DNA of 64,000 bases from Lama glama (taxonomy: Eukaryota): assembly GCA_028534125.1 (NCBI GenBank), contig CM052832.1, positions 13,146,001 to 13,210,000 on the forward strand, read 5' to 3'. Made by a program: the position numbers and the translations under genes. Below the pieces are notes generated by a model. It was not told the origin of the DNA. It searched no databases and was given only the letters and a program-made list of their open reading frames with translations. Of this stretch, positions 36,710 through 50,304 are shown piece after piece. How positions within the stretch are numbered: the first letter of the stretch is position 1; the number at the start of each line of letters is the position of its first letter.

Positions 36710-37270
36710 GTCTATTCCTAACCCAGAAGCCAGAGGGATCTTATTAAAACCCAAGTCAAATTCTGTTCCTCCTCTGCTCTGAGCTCTCCAGCAGCTCCCA
36801 TCTTGCAAAGCACAATGGTGGCCTGGTAGCCCTACATAATCTGACTTCCTTTACCTGGCTGACCTTATCTCCTACTGCTCATCCCCTCCATCACTGCACT
36901 CCATTCATAGCTGCCTCCTCCTGCCTCAGGGCCTTTGCACTTACTGTTCCTTTTTCCTAGAGTGCTCTTTCCCCAGATATTCACATGGCCCTTCCACGAT
37001 TCCCTCAGATCTTGACTCAGACATCAGCCTATCAAGGCCTCCCCTGGCTACCCAATCTGACATTTCCACCTTTCCAACACATATGCCCTTTCTGCTGAAT
37101 GTTGCCTCCTTATCACTTTTCACCATAAACTCTGGTTTACTTATTTATCTTGTTTGCCATGTGTCAGCTCCATTTTCATCTATTTCATTAACTCTTATAT
37201 CTGGAGCACCTGGAATGTGTCCAGCACACAGTAGGTGTTCATAAATGGCTGTTGAAAGAATTAATGGATT
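36710..37270 (+). mobile_element. LINE-2 3' fragment
   Basis: cagaagccagagggatctt...cctgcctcagggcctttgcacttactgttcc...cacctggaatgtgtccagcacacagtaggtgttcataaatggctgttgaaagaattaatg. Confidence 0.85.
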
Positions 37271-40200
37271 AGGAAAAGGAGCCAGGCCACAGAGGCTGGC
37301 AAGGATGTGGCAGCTTTTATCTTGTTCTTGTCTCCGCTTCCTCCCTCCCTCAGACCTTCCATGCCAGCTGGTTTTCAGGTGCAGAGAATAAAAGGGGGGA
37401 ACTAGGTCAAGGGGGAGGGTCCTTGTGGCCCCTGGCACCTGTCTGAACAACAGAAGGAGCAGACCTCCTTACTCTCAGAGAAGAGGATCTGACCAAGCAA
37501 GGATGAGGTTAAAGATGGGGGGTAAAGAATGTTTTCTTCCATGGTTGAAGTGGTGGGGCTGAATTTACTGGACTCAGAGCCAAAGCTGGTTTCCCATGGC
37601 CTTTGTAGCTGTGCAAATTGAGCTCACTTCTTCTGGTGACCAGAAGAGGCCCAAGAATGGGATAAGTAGGGGTTTGACCTTGTCCACCTGGAGCTAGGAG
37701 GGAGGCCCCAGGGCCCCTGGATAGAGACTCAGCTTGGGGTCTCCACTGAGAGAGGGAAGCCCCAATGGCTAACGGGGCAGAGGCAGCTCCAAAGAGCAGA
37801 GGGACACAGGTCTAGACCCCAAGGCTTGTAGAAAGGGAAGGAGGGGGAATGGTGCATGAGGTGACCAAAGCCAAGAGTCCCCAGAGGGCAGGGGTCCCAG
37901 GTGACATGATGAGAACAAGAATGGCCAGAATAGCTTCAGTAATTGAGACTTTAGTAACCAACCTCCTCTTCCTCATTGGACTGGCCAGAGTATCACCTGC
38001 CCTGCTCCCTGCTCCTCCCTCCCGCAGGTTTGGCAGAAGCAAGTTGCTGAAGGGGATGAATTTTATCCATAAAAGGTATAGGAAATATTTCCACAGGGGC
38101 TGGGCTAAAGTTGACCTTTTTGCCCTCTCTAAGGCTGTAAGCCAATTGAAGCGTAAACCAGATTGCTAGGGAAACGGTTAGCCTAAGTGAGCTAATTACT
38201 TTTGAGGCCTTTTGGCCCAGCTTCACAGAGAGCAAGAATGTGCTAATGTCTTCGTGATTCATTCAGGAAAATCTAAAGGGTCTCTTCAGGAAGGCGCTGC
38301 TCTGCAAACCCTTAATTACATTCTGTAATGAGACATGTCTGCATTTGGGTCAGGGTCCCTAGTTGTTGCATCTGTTGTTACACACACTGTGGGGTGGAGC
38401 ACAGGAAAGGTGAGAGGCCTTGGAGGCAAATACTCTTGAGCTTTCACTCCTGGCTCCAGCCCTTTCTGGAGCCAGTTTCCTCACCTCTGTGTTTCCACAC
38501 ATGTAATACAGGGGTAACACCTACCTTGTAGGCCTGTGGTGAGGGCAGAGCAAGATGATGGATGTAATGTGCCTGCTGCAGAGTCATTATTTGGTAAATA
38601 TCATTGTACAGTGTCTTCCAGGGTGTTCGAGTCTTACGGGTCACTCCTCCGTTTCAGTCAATATTTGCAACAGTAAAAGCATTTATGAGGTGCCAGGGCA
38701 GGGGGGTGGAGGAGGGAGCTTTGCCAAAAGAAAAGAGTTTCACCAAAAATACAAGATGGAACTAGGGAGTTTGCAGCCTGAAAGGGGAGATTCTCTTGCA
38801 TGAATAATGCTAACAGAGGACATGGTGAGGGGTGTTGATGAGGGTAGAATGGGAGTTCAGAGGAGAGAAAGTTACAACCAGGATGTCATTTTGGCTGAAG
38901 CACTTGGTAGCTCATTGGATTTTTAAATGGAATTTGAGCCTAAACACAAGCCATTTGGCTAAGGGGCACACGATGGGGAGCAAAGGAGAATGTGGGTTGG
39001 AAGAAACTTCAGAGATCAGCTGGTTCAACCTCCCTGTTCTATAGGGAGGGGCAGGACTGGCTTCAGGTATTGGAATCAGGGCACTAGACCCCAGTGCCAT
39101 GGGAGCATACACCTGGAGGAGCTGATTTGAGCTGGGTTTCAGTAAAGCTGGGGGACGTGGCACAGGGCCTAGCAGCAAAGATGGTGGTGAAAGCAAAGGG
39201 ATGGAGGTGGGCAGGAATGAGCAAGCCAGTCCAGGTCCTAGGTAGTTGAGGGACATAATAAGGGGTTATTTATAAAGGAGTAGGCAGGGTGCAGGGAAAG
39301 CCAATGATGGGTGGTGGATCACGGGGACCGGTGATGGTGAGACTACAGGCCTGAGGAGGTAAGGGGAGGGCATGGTTTCTGAAACCCCACAGGGGTTCCC
39401 TGCAGGAGCAGGGGCCCTTAGTGAAGGGACGTGGTCAGCCCAGGCAACTTCACTCTCTTCTCACTCTCTGCTCTCCACCTTCACCTCCCATTGGTGGAAG
39501 CCTACTGGAGGAACCCGGGCAAAGGGCTGTTGATCCAGTCCACACTGTTGGCCTTCCGGGCAGAGTAAGGTGGGGAAGGACCAGGAGTGGATCCAGAGAG
39601 GCAAACAGTGACCATCCAGAACAGACAGCGAGCAGATGAGGGAGGCTGGGGTTCAGTGGGTGAGGCTGGGAAGGTACAGGAAGAGGCAACTCAACGGAGC
39701 CCACAACTGTCAGGCTGAGGACTGCTGGGGTCATAGACTCAGCATCTCAGACAGGAGACTGACCCTGTTTACAAGGGTCCATCAGCACCATGCCCAGTCT
39801 TCAGGGGTGATGGTAGCAAAGCACTGTCTCATGGACTACCCCCGGGACACAGGTTTCAAGCTATTTCTGCGGAAGGGAAGATGCCCTCAAACACATCAAG
39901 GCCCTACTTCTTTGCCTGATTTTTTTGTGTGACTCGTAGAGGAAAGTATCAGGAATGGAGAGTTTAAAGAATAATCCAAGTCCATTTCTATGAAACTGCC
40001 CCTGGGATGGAAGACTGCTTTTCCTAGGGAACATGAACATTCTCATGGCTCCACCTGCTAGTGCATTGCAAAACATCTCTCTGTTAGTGGAATCTTGGCT
40101 GAGAGATAGTCATCCCATGACCAGAGGGAGTCAGGCACAGGCACAGCAGTTTCTCCAGGCAGGGTCCTGACCTCTGGTTTGCACAAGGCCACTGAAGGAT

Positions 40201-40889
40201 GAAAGCTGCTTTCTCGGTCCCTGGCTGCTGGGTTTCAGCTGATTTTAACCGTATGGGTCATTTTAATGCCTTCTGAGAAAGCTCCATCTTCCCAGCACCT
40301 AAATCTGTCACTGCATTTTATGAAAATTGACTCAAGAAAATGTAATTTTAGCCCAGGAAATTGAGCACTATTTGCATCAAGTCTTGCCAGGGCATCCTGC
40401 ATGTCCTGGAAAAGGCAGGGTGGCTAAGTAGGAAGGGTCCCAGGAGTGCTGTCACTGAGAAAAGGGAGCCTTGCTTGGTTCCCATTTGAAAAGTATAGCA
40501 GGGTGAACCCTCCCCGTCCCTTGCCAAGCGGCTATCCTGGCCAAGGGCCCCTTGGAATGGAGGAGATGGGTATCATGGAATCTTCGGTGTCCTGCTGATT
40601 GACCCACATTACCACACGTCCCTGCCTGAGCACTCAGTCTATTTTTGAGCAACCTCAGCCTGTTGAACATTTTACCACCAGCTGGGAATGACAGTTCATC
40701 TCTAAATATCCGCAGTGATCTTCCTTGGAGCACCTTGATATGAGCCTCCATATAACTTTGACTTAATGAGCATGTGTTGGGCACCTCTGTATGCTAGGGG
40801 ATGAGTGCTGGGAACACAAAGAGGGACCAGACACTGTCTAGAGCCAGAGCTCACTTTCAATTCAGGGAGGTAACAAATAATAACAATGA

Positions 40890-41090
40890 CAGCAATAGGA
40901 ATGCTAATAGCAAACACTTATGCAATAGGGATGTACCAGGCGCATTACTAAGCATTTACATGTAGTAACTCATTTGATCCTCACAATGCTTTGAAGGAGG
41001 GAACAGCAGCAGCAGCATTGTTATTGTTATTATTACTATTATTGGCCCCATTTAACAAAGGAGGAAATTGAAGCACAGAGAGGTTAATAT
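40890..41090 (-). mobile_element. MIR SINE, preceded by an L2 fragment at ~40760-40870
   Basis: atagcaaacacttat...taagcatttacatgtagtaactcatttgatcctcacaa...cccatttaacaaaggaggaaattgaagcacagagaggttaa. Confidence 0.8.
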
Positions 41091-44000
41091 GAAAATAGTT
41101 TCTAGAATATGATGTCAGAAGTATAATATAATTATATATAGAGGGCAAAATTCCGCTTGTTCCTTATTCTGCCCTCCTTAGGTATGCAAAGTAAGTTGAC
41201 TTTTTCTTCCACACGCTCTTTCTATCAGTGAGGACAGCTCATGGTGCCCCGTTAGTCCCCTCTGGGGCAAACCTAGATGTGATCATTTCTATCAGGAGTC
41301 CCTCCCTCTTAATATCACTGTCTCTTGTCCCTTCCAATCTGGCACACTCCCTAGAACAAATGTCTGTTTGTCAATGTTCTTCCCAAAGTGTGTGTCCTGT
41401 GCCGTCCCCTTCTGTCCAGAGCATCCTGGGCTGGCTCCCTCCTCACCCAGGCTTGAACTATATGATCACATTCCTCCCTTGGTCTTTGCATTCTGTGTGT
41501 CTTTTTCTGAGGTTTATACATCTCGATGTTACCTAGAATTCCACTGGCCTTTTTGGCATGTGTCTTCTGCTTGCTTCGTATTGAGTTCAGAGACTCCTGT
41601 GTCTTTCTCAAATGATCTGCTATCCAAACAGTATTCCTCCAGCTCAGATTTGGCAATTGAGTTTTTGAACCTAGATGTGAGATTTTACATTTATCTGTTA
41701 TATGTCATTTGGTAGATTCAATCTACTGTTATGGTCTGTGACGATCATGTTGTGTGATGGCTGCGCACTTAGCATCTTGGTTTTGCCTCCTAGTCTTGGG
41801 TCAGCTGCAGTTGTTGTCCATACGAGTGAAAAGGGGTTGAATAGGATGGAGTGCTGTGATCCTCCACTAGAGACCTTTTCCCATGTTGACCTCAGTTCTC
41901 TAGTTGACCTTTGAGGAATGCTGTTTAGCTGCCTAAGATCTACATAACTTTGCTATAACCCATCTCGTATTTCTGGATCTGGTCCCTAAGGAAGTCATGA
42001 ATAATACTCAACTGACTGAACTCAGTGTCCATAACCCTGGATTTCCATCCCAGCTCTGAGATTTACTATGTGGCCTGAGTGAGGTATTTTATCTTCTCTC
42101 CAAGTCTCAGCTTACTCATCTGTAAAATGGGGTTATGAGACCTTCTTAGAAGGATAACACTTGTGAAATACCTGGAAATAAAAACTGTAATGTGCCATTT
42201 CCCAGCTTGGTCACCCAGGTGGCTCCTTCACTGTGGGAACGACCACACTTGGAGACCCCAGTGAACTAAACCGACCCTGCCCACACCAGGAGCCCAGGAG
42301 AGACAGCCAACATTCTTGAATACTCCAGCTTCCTGTGAAACCCAAGTGCTTTCCTCAGCCTGGGGCTGCAGGACCTGATTAGTTCCAAGGAGTGAGGGCT
42401 TCTTGGGGGAAAGGGATTTGAAGAGAATCATTTCAACCCTGTGTGTGAGGTGTCCCTCATCAGGAAGGGCTCTTTCAGGAAAGGCTGGACACAAGGATGC
42501 CATCATTGTGTGGTGCCCAAGCAGAGCACTGCAGTGTGGCAAACGGCCGCCAGGATGGTGGCTACGGACGATGCAGGGGCCCCACTCCCGGCCTCTGGTG
42601 CCTTTGTCCCCTGCTGGTGTTTGTCTGGGCCATCTCCTCTCTGTCTGCCCATGAAGCCATGCCTTTCTGGTGGTAGCTTCTGCCCCCTTCCAGACCCCAG
42701 TCATCTTTACTGGTTCTGGCCCAGAAGATCACCCCCACACTCACCCCCAGAGTATCCTTTTTAGCTCCTCCTGAAAAGAAAACAGCTCTTTCCGGGTTCC
42801 AGTGGCTTTCAAAATCACAGCTCAAGAATTTACCCATTTCTCAAGGCCCTGAGACAAAACATCGACTTCTTTGCCTGGTGTTAGAGCCTCTCCCAAACAG
42901 GGTACCCTAGAAATGGCCATAAGAAATGAACTACTATGGATTCAGCCCCTGCTGTGTGCTCTGCTGGCTCATCCCTAGTGCTGCAGCCACTGTGAGGGGA
43001 TATTATTGGCCCAGATCTAGATAGGAGCTTAGGTGGGGAGAGTTGAAGCGGTTTGTATATGACCATGCAGTTAATCAGTGTGGAGCTGGGATTCAAACCT
43101 GTTATGAAGCCACCTAACCCCAGTAGGCTGTCCACAGTTGTCGGGCCTTTGGGGGCAGATTCCTGCAGCCTCCCACAATCAGGGGTGGGTGCAAGCACAT
43201 CTCTGCTTCCACTCAACCTCGAGACCAGGGCCTGTACAACCATGAAAGCAGCACTCAGGCTGATTTCTACCACATGCACCCATGTGTTAGGTCGAACCGT
43301 ATGGATTAGCAATTTGAAAATGTTGGCAATTTCATATGGCCTGAAAGATAAAGTTAGACTCTAACCTAATATTAACAAGTGGCCCCCAGTCACATACCTG
43401 TCCTTACAAACTCATTGAGGTCCCAGAACCTGCCTCTTGCCTGAAAGCCTTCTGGAGGCAGGCCAAGGGATGATGTTCTGGAACTGGGGAGAATTCAGCC
43501 ACACCAGCCTCCACTTGTGGGAGAACCTGGGGGTATCAGAAGCCCAGGTCCGCTCCCAAGGCGTGAGGTCACTGGTCTCTGCAGATTCTCCTGCCCTGCT
43601 TGTGCAAGAGTCTGAGTGCTTGTATAGCACTTCTAACCATCCAGGTGTCTCTCTGCATCTTCCTGTTGTCTGTGAAAAATCATTGCTAACATTCTTCTGT
43701 TAATAAAGCTCTCCAGTGCCCAGGAAATAATGTATTTGAGGTAAGTCCTCCTAATTAGGGTCTTTCGAATGTAATTCCCACTCCTAGGATGGATGAAACT
43801 CATTAAAAAATAATTTAAAATAATGTATTTATAGACAAAAGAACAAAACCCAAGCTGTTTGACTCCAATTTTCCCACCCTACCTCAGGGCTTGTTACCTG
43901 CCTTCTTAGGGAAGAAGTTCTTCTTGGCTCTGCCCCTCTCTCTGCATCCAAACACTCAGAGCCCCCATCTGGTGTGCCCACCCTCACTCTGTTGCTCCAG

Positions 44001-45214
44001 AGAAAATCCACTGTACCCATGCCTTTATCCGACCTGATCCACCTTCAGCTCTTTCTGAGTCCTCCAGACACCCGTATCCCAGCAGCCAAGATTGCTCCCC
44101 GATAACTCTGTCTGAGCTACTCATAAAGAATCAGCCAAGATACACGGAAAATCTGCTGTGTAACAATAGGCATCCTTTACCACGTGCCTGCTGTGTGCCC
44201 GGCATCTCATACTCACTGTCCCTAATCCTTATAACAACTTTGCAGGCAGGTACAGATTATCCCCAGACCTCAGAGAGGTGATGGAACTTACCCCAGGAGA
44301 CACAGCTAGGAAACTAGGGTTCTCTCCCTATTGAACCACAGAGGAGGGGTGGGGTCATGGGGAGGTTTAGGAGTTAGACAGACCTGAATTTGTGTCAGGA
44401 CTCTGGTACTTAGCGCTGTATAGCCTTGTACTAGACACTTATCCTCTCTGAACCTAAGATTCCTCAAGTGTAAAATAGGCAACTAGCAATACTTACCTGC
44501 TGACTTGTCTAAGGATTCAAGATACCACAGGATAAGTGGGAGGAGCCAGGTAGGCATTTGCTAAAATGTAGCTCTTGTTAATAGATCATAGATGGACTCT
44601 AGGCAATGTACCAGGCAGTTTGTAAACTTTCCCTCAAGCAACCCATTCTATAGATAGCAATGTGGAGGCCAAGAGAAGGAAGTAACTTGAGAAAGACACT
44701 ATGATATCCTGCAGGGTGCAAGCTTTAGCAGGGAGGTCTCTTCCCTCAGAGACCTTACAGGGAGCTGGGGAGACTAGACACATGCATAAAAGGATTTAAA
44801 AGCCTCATTTTCTTCATCTTCTTGTTGGAACAGATCGTTTCTGAGATCCCAAGTTCCAGGCTATAGCTAGTCTGAGAGCCTCTCAAGTGGTTTAGACACA
44901 AATTCTCAGCACTTTACAGCAGGGAAAAATCCAGGAGGGCTGGGGAGGCTTCCAGGGGAAGGTGGCACCATACTGGGAACTGAAGGATGCTGGGAGGAAG
45001 GAAAGGCATTCTAGGAATGGGGCCTGACATGAGAAAAGCCTGGGGGTGGGACTGGCCTGCATGCCAATGAGTGTTTGTGACTCACTCTGACTGAGACCCA
45101 GGGTTTGCTGGAGAGAGAGGAGAGATCAGCTCAGGAGGGGAGGTGCCGCCTCATTCGGAGCCCTGTTGGGAGTACATGGTCTTAGATTGAATTATGGTTT
45201 CCAGAGTCAGCAGT

Positions 45215-45900
45215 CAGGGAGCAGGCATTTATGGAGCACCTACTGTATACCATACACTGATCAGGCACATAGTGGAGAACAAGACAGCAGAATCCCTGCT
45301 CTGGAGAGGCTTAGTGTAATCAGCAAAGAAGTTGGATCATTTCACATACTGATCGATAAGTGCTGTGAAAAAGATAAAACAGTGCAATGAGATAACAAGT
45401 GACCGGGGAGAAGGGAGCTGCTTTAGTTAGGGAAGGCATTGAGGGAGGCCCAGCTGAGGGGCTGATGACACTGGAGTTGAACTCTGAGTAGTGCCATGGG
45501 TAAGTCTCAGGGTGGGTGGGTTCCAGGCAGAGGAACAGCAGGTGCAGAGGCCCTGAGGTAGGAACAAGCTCACTGCACTCAAAGGACAAAAAGAAGGCCA
45601 GTATAATTTGAGTGGTGTGGATAATAAAGACAGTGGGCCATATGGTTGGTCACAGAGGTTGCAGGGACGGATCCTGTTGGGCTTTATAGGTCATATAGGA
45701 GTTCAGACACTGCTCTGAGTGTGGTGGGAGGCTATCTGAGGGTTTTGAGCAGGGGACTGACGTAGGCTGGTTTATGTTTCAGAAGGACAGCTCTGGCCCT
45801 GATGTGCAGCGTGGATGGCAGGGGAAAGGTCAGAAGCAGGAAGACAACCCTTGCTTCACCCAGCGGCTGCTAGAAATGGCAGAGCTGAGATGTGATGTGG
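45215..45900 (-). mobile_element. LINE-2 fragment
   Basis: catttatggagcacctactgtatacca...ttccaggcagaggaacagcaggtgcagaggccctgaggtaggaacaagct...gagggttttgagcagggga. Confidence 0.85.
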
Positions 45901-48058
45901 TCTTTTGAGTCTGAGTCCCTGCTCCTCTCTTCTTCCCAGGCCTCTGACTTTCAAAATGGGCTTTTCTAGCACCAGGGTTTGATATGTGAATTTGTGTGTG
46001 TCTCCTGCCACCCCTTCCCCCATTCAACCAAAAGTGCTTATTCTGTGTGATGCATTAGACAGGAGCCTAAGATTTCATTTGAAGAAAAGAGCCTGCTTTT
46101 CTAGTAAATCCTGAGGTTCTGGGCTGGGTCCATTGGTAGCTGATAAATCTATATACTCTTTGGTACAGTCACACTTTACACTGCAGCTGAACTGTTGAGA
46201 GCATGAGCTCCAAAGTCGATGCAACTGGGTCCAAATCCAGGCCACCACCTTCCCAGCTGGGGCTCTTGGGCAAGTGCTTAGGCTCACAAGCCTGCTGTGA
46301 GGATTAAAGGAGCTAATTCATGGAACGTGACTGGCACATAGAAAATGCTCAATAATGGCTCTTCTTGTAAGAAGCCCTAAGTGAGAAACCATTGCCTTAC
46401 CTGGAAGAAGGAACCACTGATGTATGATTTTAGACATCCTAATGCCATTTGACAAGGACCCTGGACCCTGTGGGGTGTGCTGGGGGATAAGCACAGGCTT
46501 TCTCAGGCCTTCCCCTTCCTGAAGTGCTGCAGCTGGACCCGAGGCTCAGCCACCTAGGCAGCACCAGAGGCACGAGCCAGTGGAGAACGTTTTGCCAGCA
46601 GCTTGGCAGCCAGGCTTATTGGTAAAAGGGCTGTTCCCCCAGGAGCTGGGACAATTTAACAGATTATCTGGAACAATGGCTAATTAGGAACTAAGCTTTT
46701 TGGCAGGAAGTTTTTATTATAAGCTTGGTAAAATTTCACAGGCCACTGCTGGTGTCTGGGGCCAGGGCAGGAGCCTTCTCTGTCCAGGCCTGTGCACTGG
46801 AAAGGACAGCCTCATGTCCCCCATCTCCACCTCTGCCCTTCCTCACCTAGAGGCCTTAACAAAACAGAAAGTGGTCTTGGAGGCCACTAGTCCACAGAAG
46901 TCATGGTTTATTCTGTGTGACTTTATGTAAGCCCCTTGCTTTCTCTGGACCTGGTTTTTCTCACTCTACACGGAGTGGATGGCCACAGAATCCTGGACCC
47001 CTGCTGTGAGAGAACTGGAGAGAAATTTCCTGGCCCCAAGATGGTGGTGGACCTGGCATAGGGCCAGGTCCTCTGTGCCCCTTCCTACAACCCAGACCCT
47101 CTTTCCTGATGCCCAGACATCTGGCCTTTCTCCCCAGCCCTGGGCACCCACCCAGGCCCCTATTCCCAGAGCCAAGCACGTTCCCTTTTCTTATTTCTAT
47201 TTAAGTCAGATAGCTTTCTGGCCTTTAATTTTAATCCCAGTGAACATGATTCATGAGGGGCCAGGGGCTGGGCTCTGCAGCAAGACTTTTAGAATCCCCA
47301 ATTAAGAAGCCATCAATAATATATGAAAATTATAGGGGAGCTCTGGTTGGGGAAAGGTGGGCAGCTTTGAGGTAGAGAGCAGTCTGTCAGCTCCAGCCTC
47401 CTTCTGTCCTGGCCAACACAGCTACTGGGGGCTTTGCAGCTGGGGGGAGGGCTCCGAAACTTCATCCAGCTGTAATTTGTAAAAAGACAAGAGCTGCTTA
47501 AATCAGGGGCCATTAAGATTGTTGATTGTTCAGGCTTGCAGAGCCACCCACTCATTACTGAGGCAGGGGACTGTGGTGAGCACCACAGGACGTAGTGCCT
47601 CCGTCACTCCTGGGAGCCCTGGCCCTCCCTTCCAGCCTCCTGGAGCTCCGTTCTTCATCTGTAAGATGGGGATGATAATAAAATCATCTCCGTGGGGTCA
47701 ATTGGGGGTTAAATGAGATTATGGATGTGTGGAAAGGTTTTGAAAATGAGAAGTCACGATATAAAGCAGAAGAAGGAGGAGGATTTGATGGAAGGGAGAA
47801 AACTGAGAGAGGGGGGTGTTGACAGGTTTCTGGGAGAAGAGTGCACTGCTCAGAGCCTGAGCCCCACCTAACCTGGGATCTTGTCACAACCCTTTTCCTA
47901 ATCAGTTATGTGACCTCTGTCAGAGCACTCCTTCCGCTTCCCCATCTCTCTTTTCTCATTGGTTGAGAGGATTGGGTTCCTTTTGGCCCTAAAATCTTCA
48001 GTTCTAAGTCAACTTGTTAATCAACGAATATTTATGGAAATCACAGGGAGGGCCAGGA

Positions 48059-48106
48059 CTGTGTGTGTGTGTGTCTACATATGTGTGTGTGTGTATTTGT
48101 GTGTGT
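48059..48106. repeat. Interrupted (TG)n microsatellite
   Basis: gtgtgtgtgtgtgtctacatatgtgtgtgtgtgtatttgtgtgtgt. Confidence 0.9.
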
Positions 48107-48339
48107 TTAGGGGTTGGAGGTGGGGTGGGGGTTGAGCAGAGGTATAGGTCGGGGGCACTCACCTGTGCCACCTGACCTGTAGAACCACCCAGCCCCACAG
48201 GAAGAGTTAACAAGGTAGAAAGGACAGTAAACACTGAAGAAGTTCAGAAGTTGGACTGAGGTAAAGACTGGATGGGACATAGTGCTTGCCTCATTCACAG
48301 TTTTAACCTCTTATCGGTTATTGACTAGATCAACTCCTG

Positions 48340-48560
48340 ATTTGGAGCCAGACTGCCTGGGTTTGAACTCTGATCCTATGACTCATTAGCTGTAAGACTT
48401 TGGGCAAGGCACTTAATCTCTCTGAGCCTTGTCTCAGTTTACTTATCTATAAATGAAATAATAATAGTACTGCCTCATAAGATTATTATGAACATTGAGT
48501 TAGTAAGTGGGAAAAGCAGTGCATGGCACGCAGTAGGGCTACAGAGGGTTGTTACTCGTA
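48340..48560 (+). mobile_element. MIR SINE
   Basis: tttggagccagactgcctgggtttgaactc...tgggcaaggcacttaatctctctgagcct...ataatagtactgcctcataagattattatgaacattga. Confidence 0.85.
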
Positions 48561-49504
48561 TTGAAGACGTACTCTGCAGCAGATGCTCCATGCAGCCCTT
48601 CATGCGCATTCCCTTCTATCCTTCCCCGGGAGAAGGAAGGATTTGCTGTGTTTCAGTGATGAGGAAATGCACCCACTGAGGGGTTATCCAGGTTGTCTCA
48701 CATAGATAATAAGTAACAGAACCCTGGTCAGAGTGGGTCCTGGGCCACTGGCCTGGCTACCCATGTACACCTCCCTGGCTCCAGCCCCTAGTGGCTCCCA
48801 GCCATGGGCATCTGGGGGGAGTTGACTGGAATGTTGGGAGAAACCCCTAAGCTGCTTGCTTTCACTGCCCCCAGCAAGTGGGCTGTGAGGAAAAAGAGGG
48901 GCCCAGATTTTAGAAATCTGGAAGCAACAGAGAGCCTCTTCCCAGGCTGCCTTGTTCTGCAACTCCAAGCCAGAGGGTCAGTGTGTCTGAGTTGAGGATG
49001 AGCTGGCCAAGGGCCCCCCTCCTCTCCACTCTCAGTAGCAGCTCCCTTACCCAAGGGCTCCTCCTGCTTTCCCTTTCCCTGCCAGTGGCCAGAGTGAATT
49101 TTCTTCTCTAGGCCCAGGTCTCTAAGTAAACTTCATACATTCTCCTGCCTTTTTTCTAACTAACGCCTGGGGCATTGCTGGGTGTTGAAGGGAGCCCCTG
49201 GGGAGGGCAGAGCCTGGATGTTAATGGAGCAGCTGGTTTGTAAGAACAAAGGGCTAGTCCTACATTTTCCCCTGGGCCTTTCCCTGTATGTGGAAGATGT
49301 CTGGAGATAGACCACACAGAACTGGGAACTCTAGGGGACTCAAGTACAAAGGACCCCTTTAGATGGAGGACAGAAACCTCCTCAGGCATGGAAGATGAGT
49401 AGGGAATATTAGTGGTTAGGGCCAGGAGCATCTCAGAGACAGGGCTGAGTTCAGGGACTTGGGAGATACACACTTCTTGGGTGGCTGAGCCAGGGTTTGG
49501 GATT

Positions 49505-49780
49505 TATAAATAACTAAGTGTGGAATCTTAAATTTACAGAACATGTTTTATATCCCAGGCTCTCTTCTAAGTATGTTACGTATACTAAATCATATATGCC
49601 CCCCAAATCCTGTAATGTGTGAATAAATGGTCATTCCCATTTTACCAAAGAGGAAATTGAGGCACAGAGAGGTAAAGGGATTTGGCCAAGGTCACTCAAC
49701 CAGTGAATAGCAGAGCCATGCGTTGAATACAGGAAGCATGGCCCCAGATTGCTCTATTAACTACTTCACTTTACTACTTT
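49505..49780 (-). mobile_element. MIR SINE
   Basis: cccattttaccaaagaggaaattgaggcacagagaggtaaagggatttggccaaggtcac. Confidence 0.8.
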
Positions 49781-50304
49781 ATGTGGGAAAACCAAAGGTC
49801 TGCCTTCAAAGCTAGAGTCAGTGGTACTTAAAGCTTTCTGAAGACATGCTTCCCTCTGAGAAATTGATGAAAATCATGGCTTCTCTCTCCAGAAAATGAG
49901 GACGTGTACAGACATTTGCATTCAATTTTGGGTTATCACAGCCAGCTCAGAGCTGGTTTTAATCTAGCAGTTGCCCTTCCCTGCTGGGCTCTCACTCTGG
50001 CACAGGTGTGGGTGGGGCCAAGATGGCCACTTTCTACAAAGTGGAGGCTGTGGTGGGAGCCCTGGTTCCTGAGAGTCCCCACTGAGGCCCTCAAGTGGGA
50101 CAGCTGTGCTGGGACCCTGCATCCCAGAGGGTTGTTACTGACTTTGGGTATCTAGGCTGCATGGGCAGGAGTCACACACTTTACTGGTGACATGAATGTT
50201 ACACACTGTCTGAGAAGAATGGGATGGAGGTGGGGACTGTTGGCTTGCTTTATGTTCAGTTGAGTTGGAAATTGTATGAGTGTCAATGTGTTTGTGTGAG
50301 AGAA

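Noticed and set aside
38029..38075. Duplicated, mutually exclusive copy of exon 4 (reads FGRS... in another frame)
   Set aside because: Similarity is limited to three residues and that frame is off by one from the acceptor; treated as coincidence.
39781..39800. REST/NRSE-like motif atcagcaccatgcccag; also partial matches at ~2591 and ~47577
   Set aside because: Each misses key positions of TTCAGCACCnnGGACAG (right half GGAC altered, left half broken, or wrong spacing).
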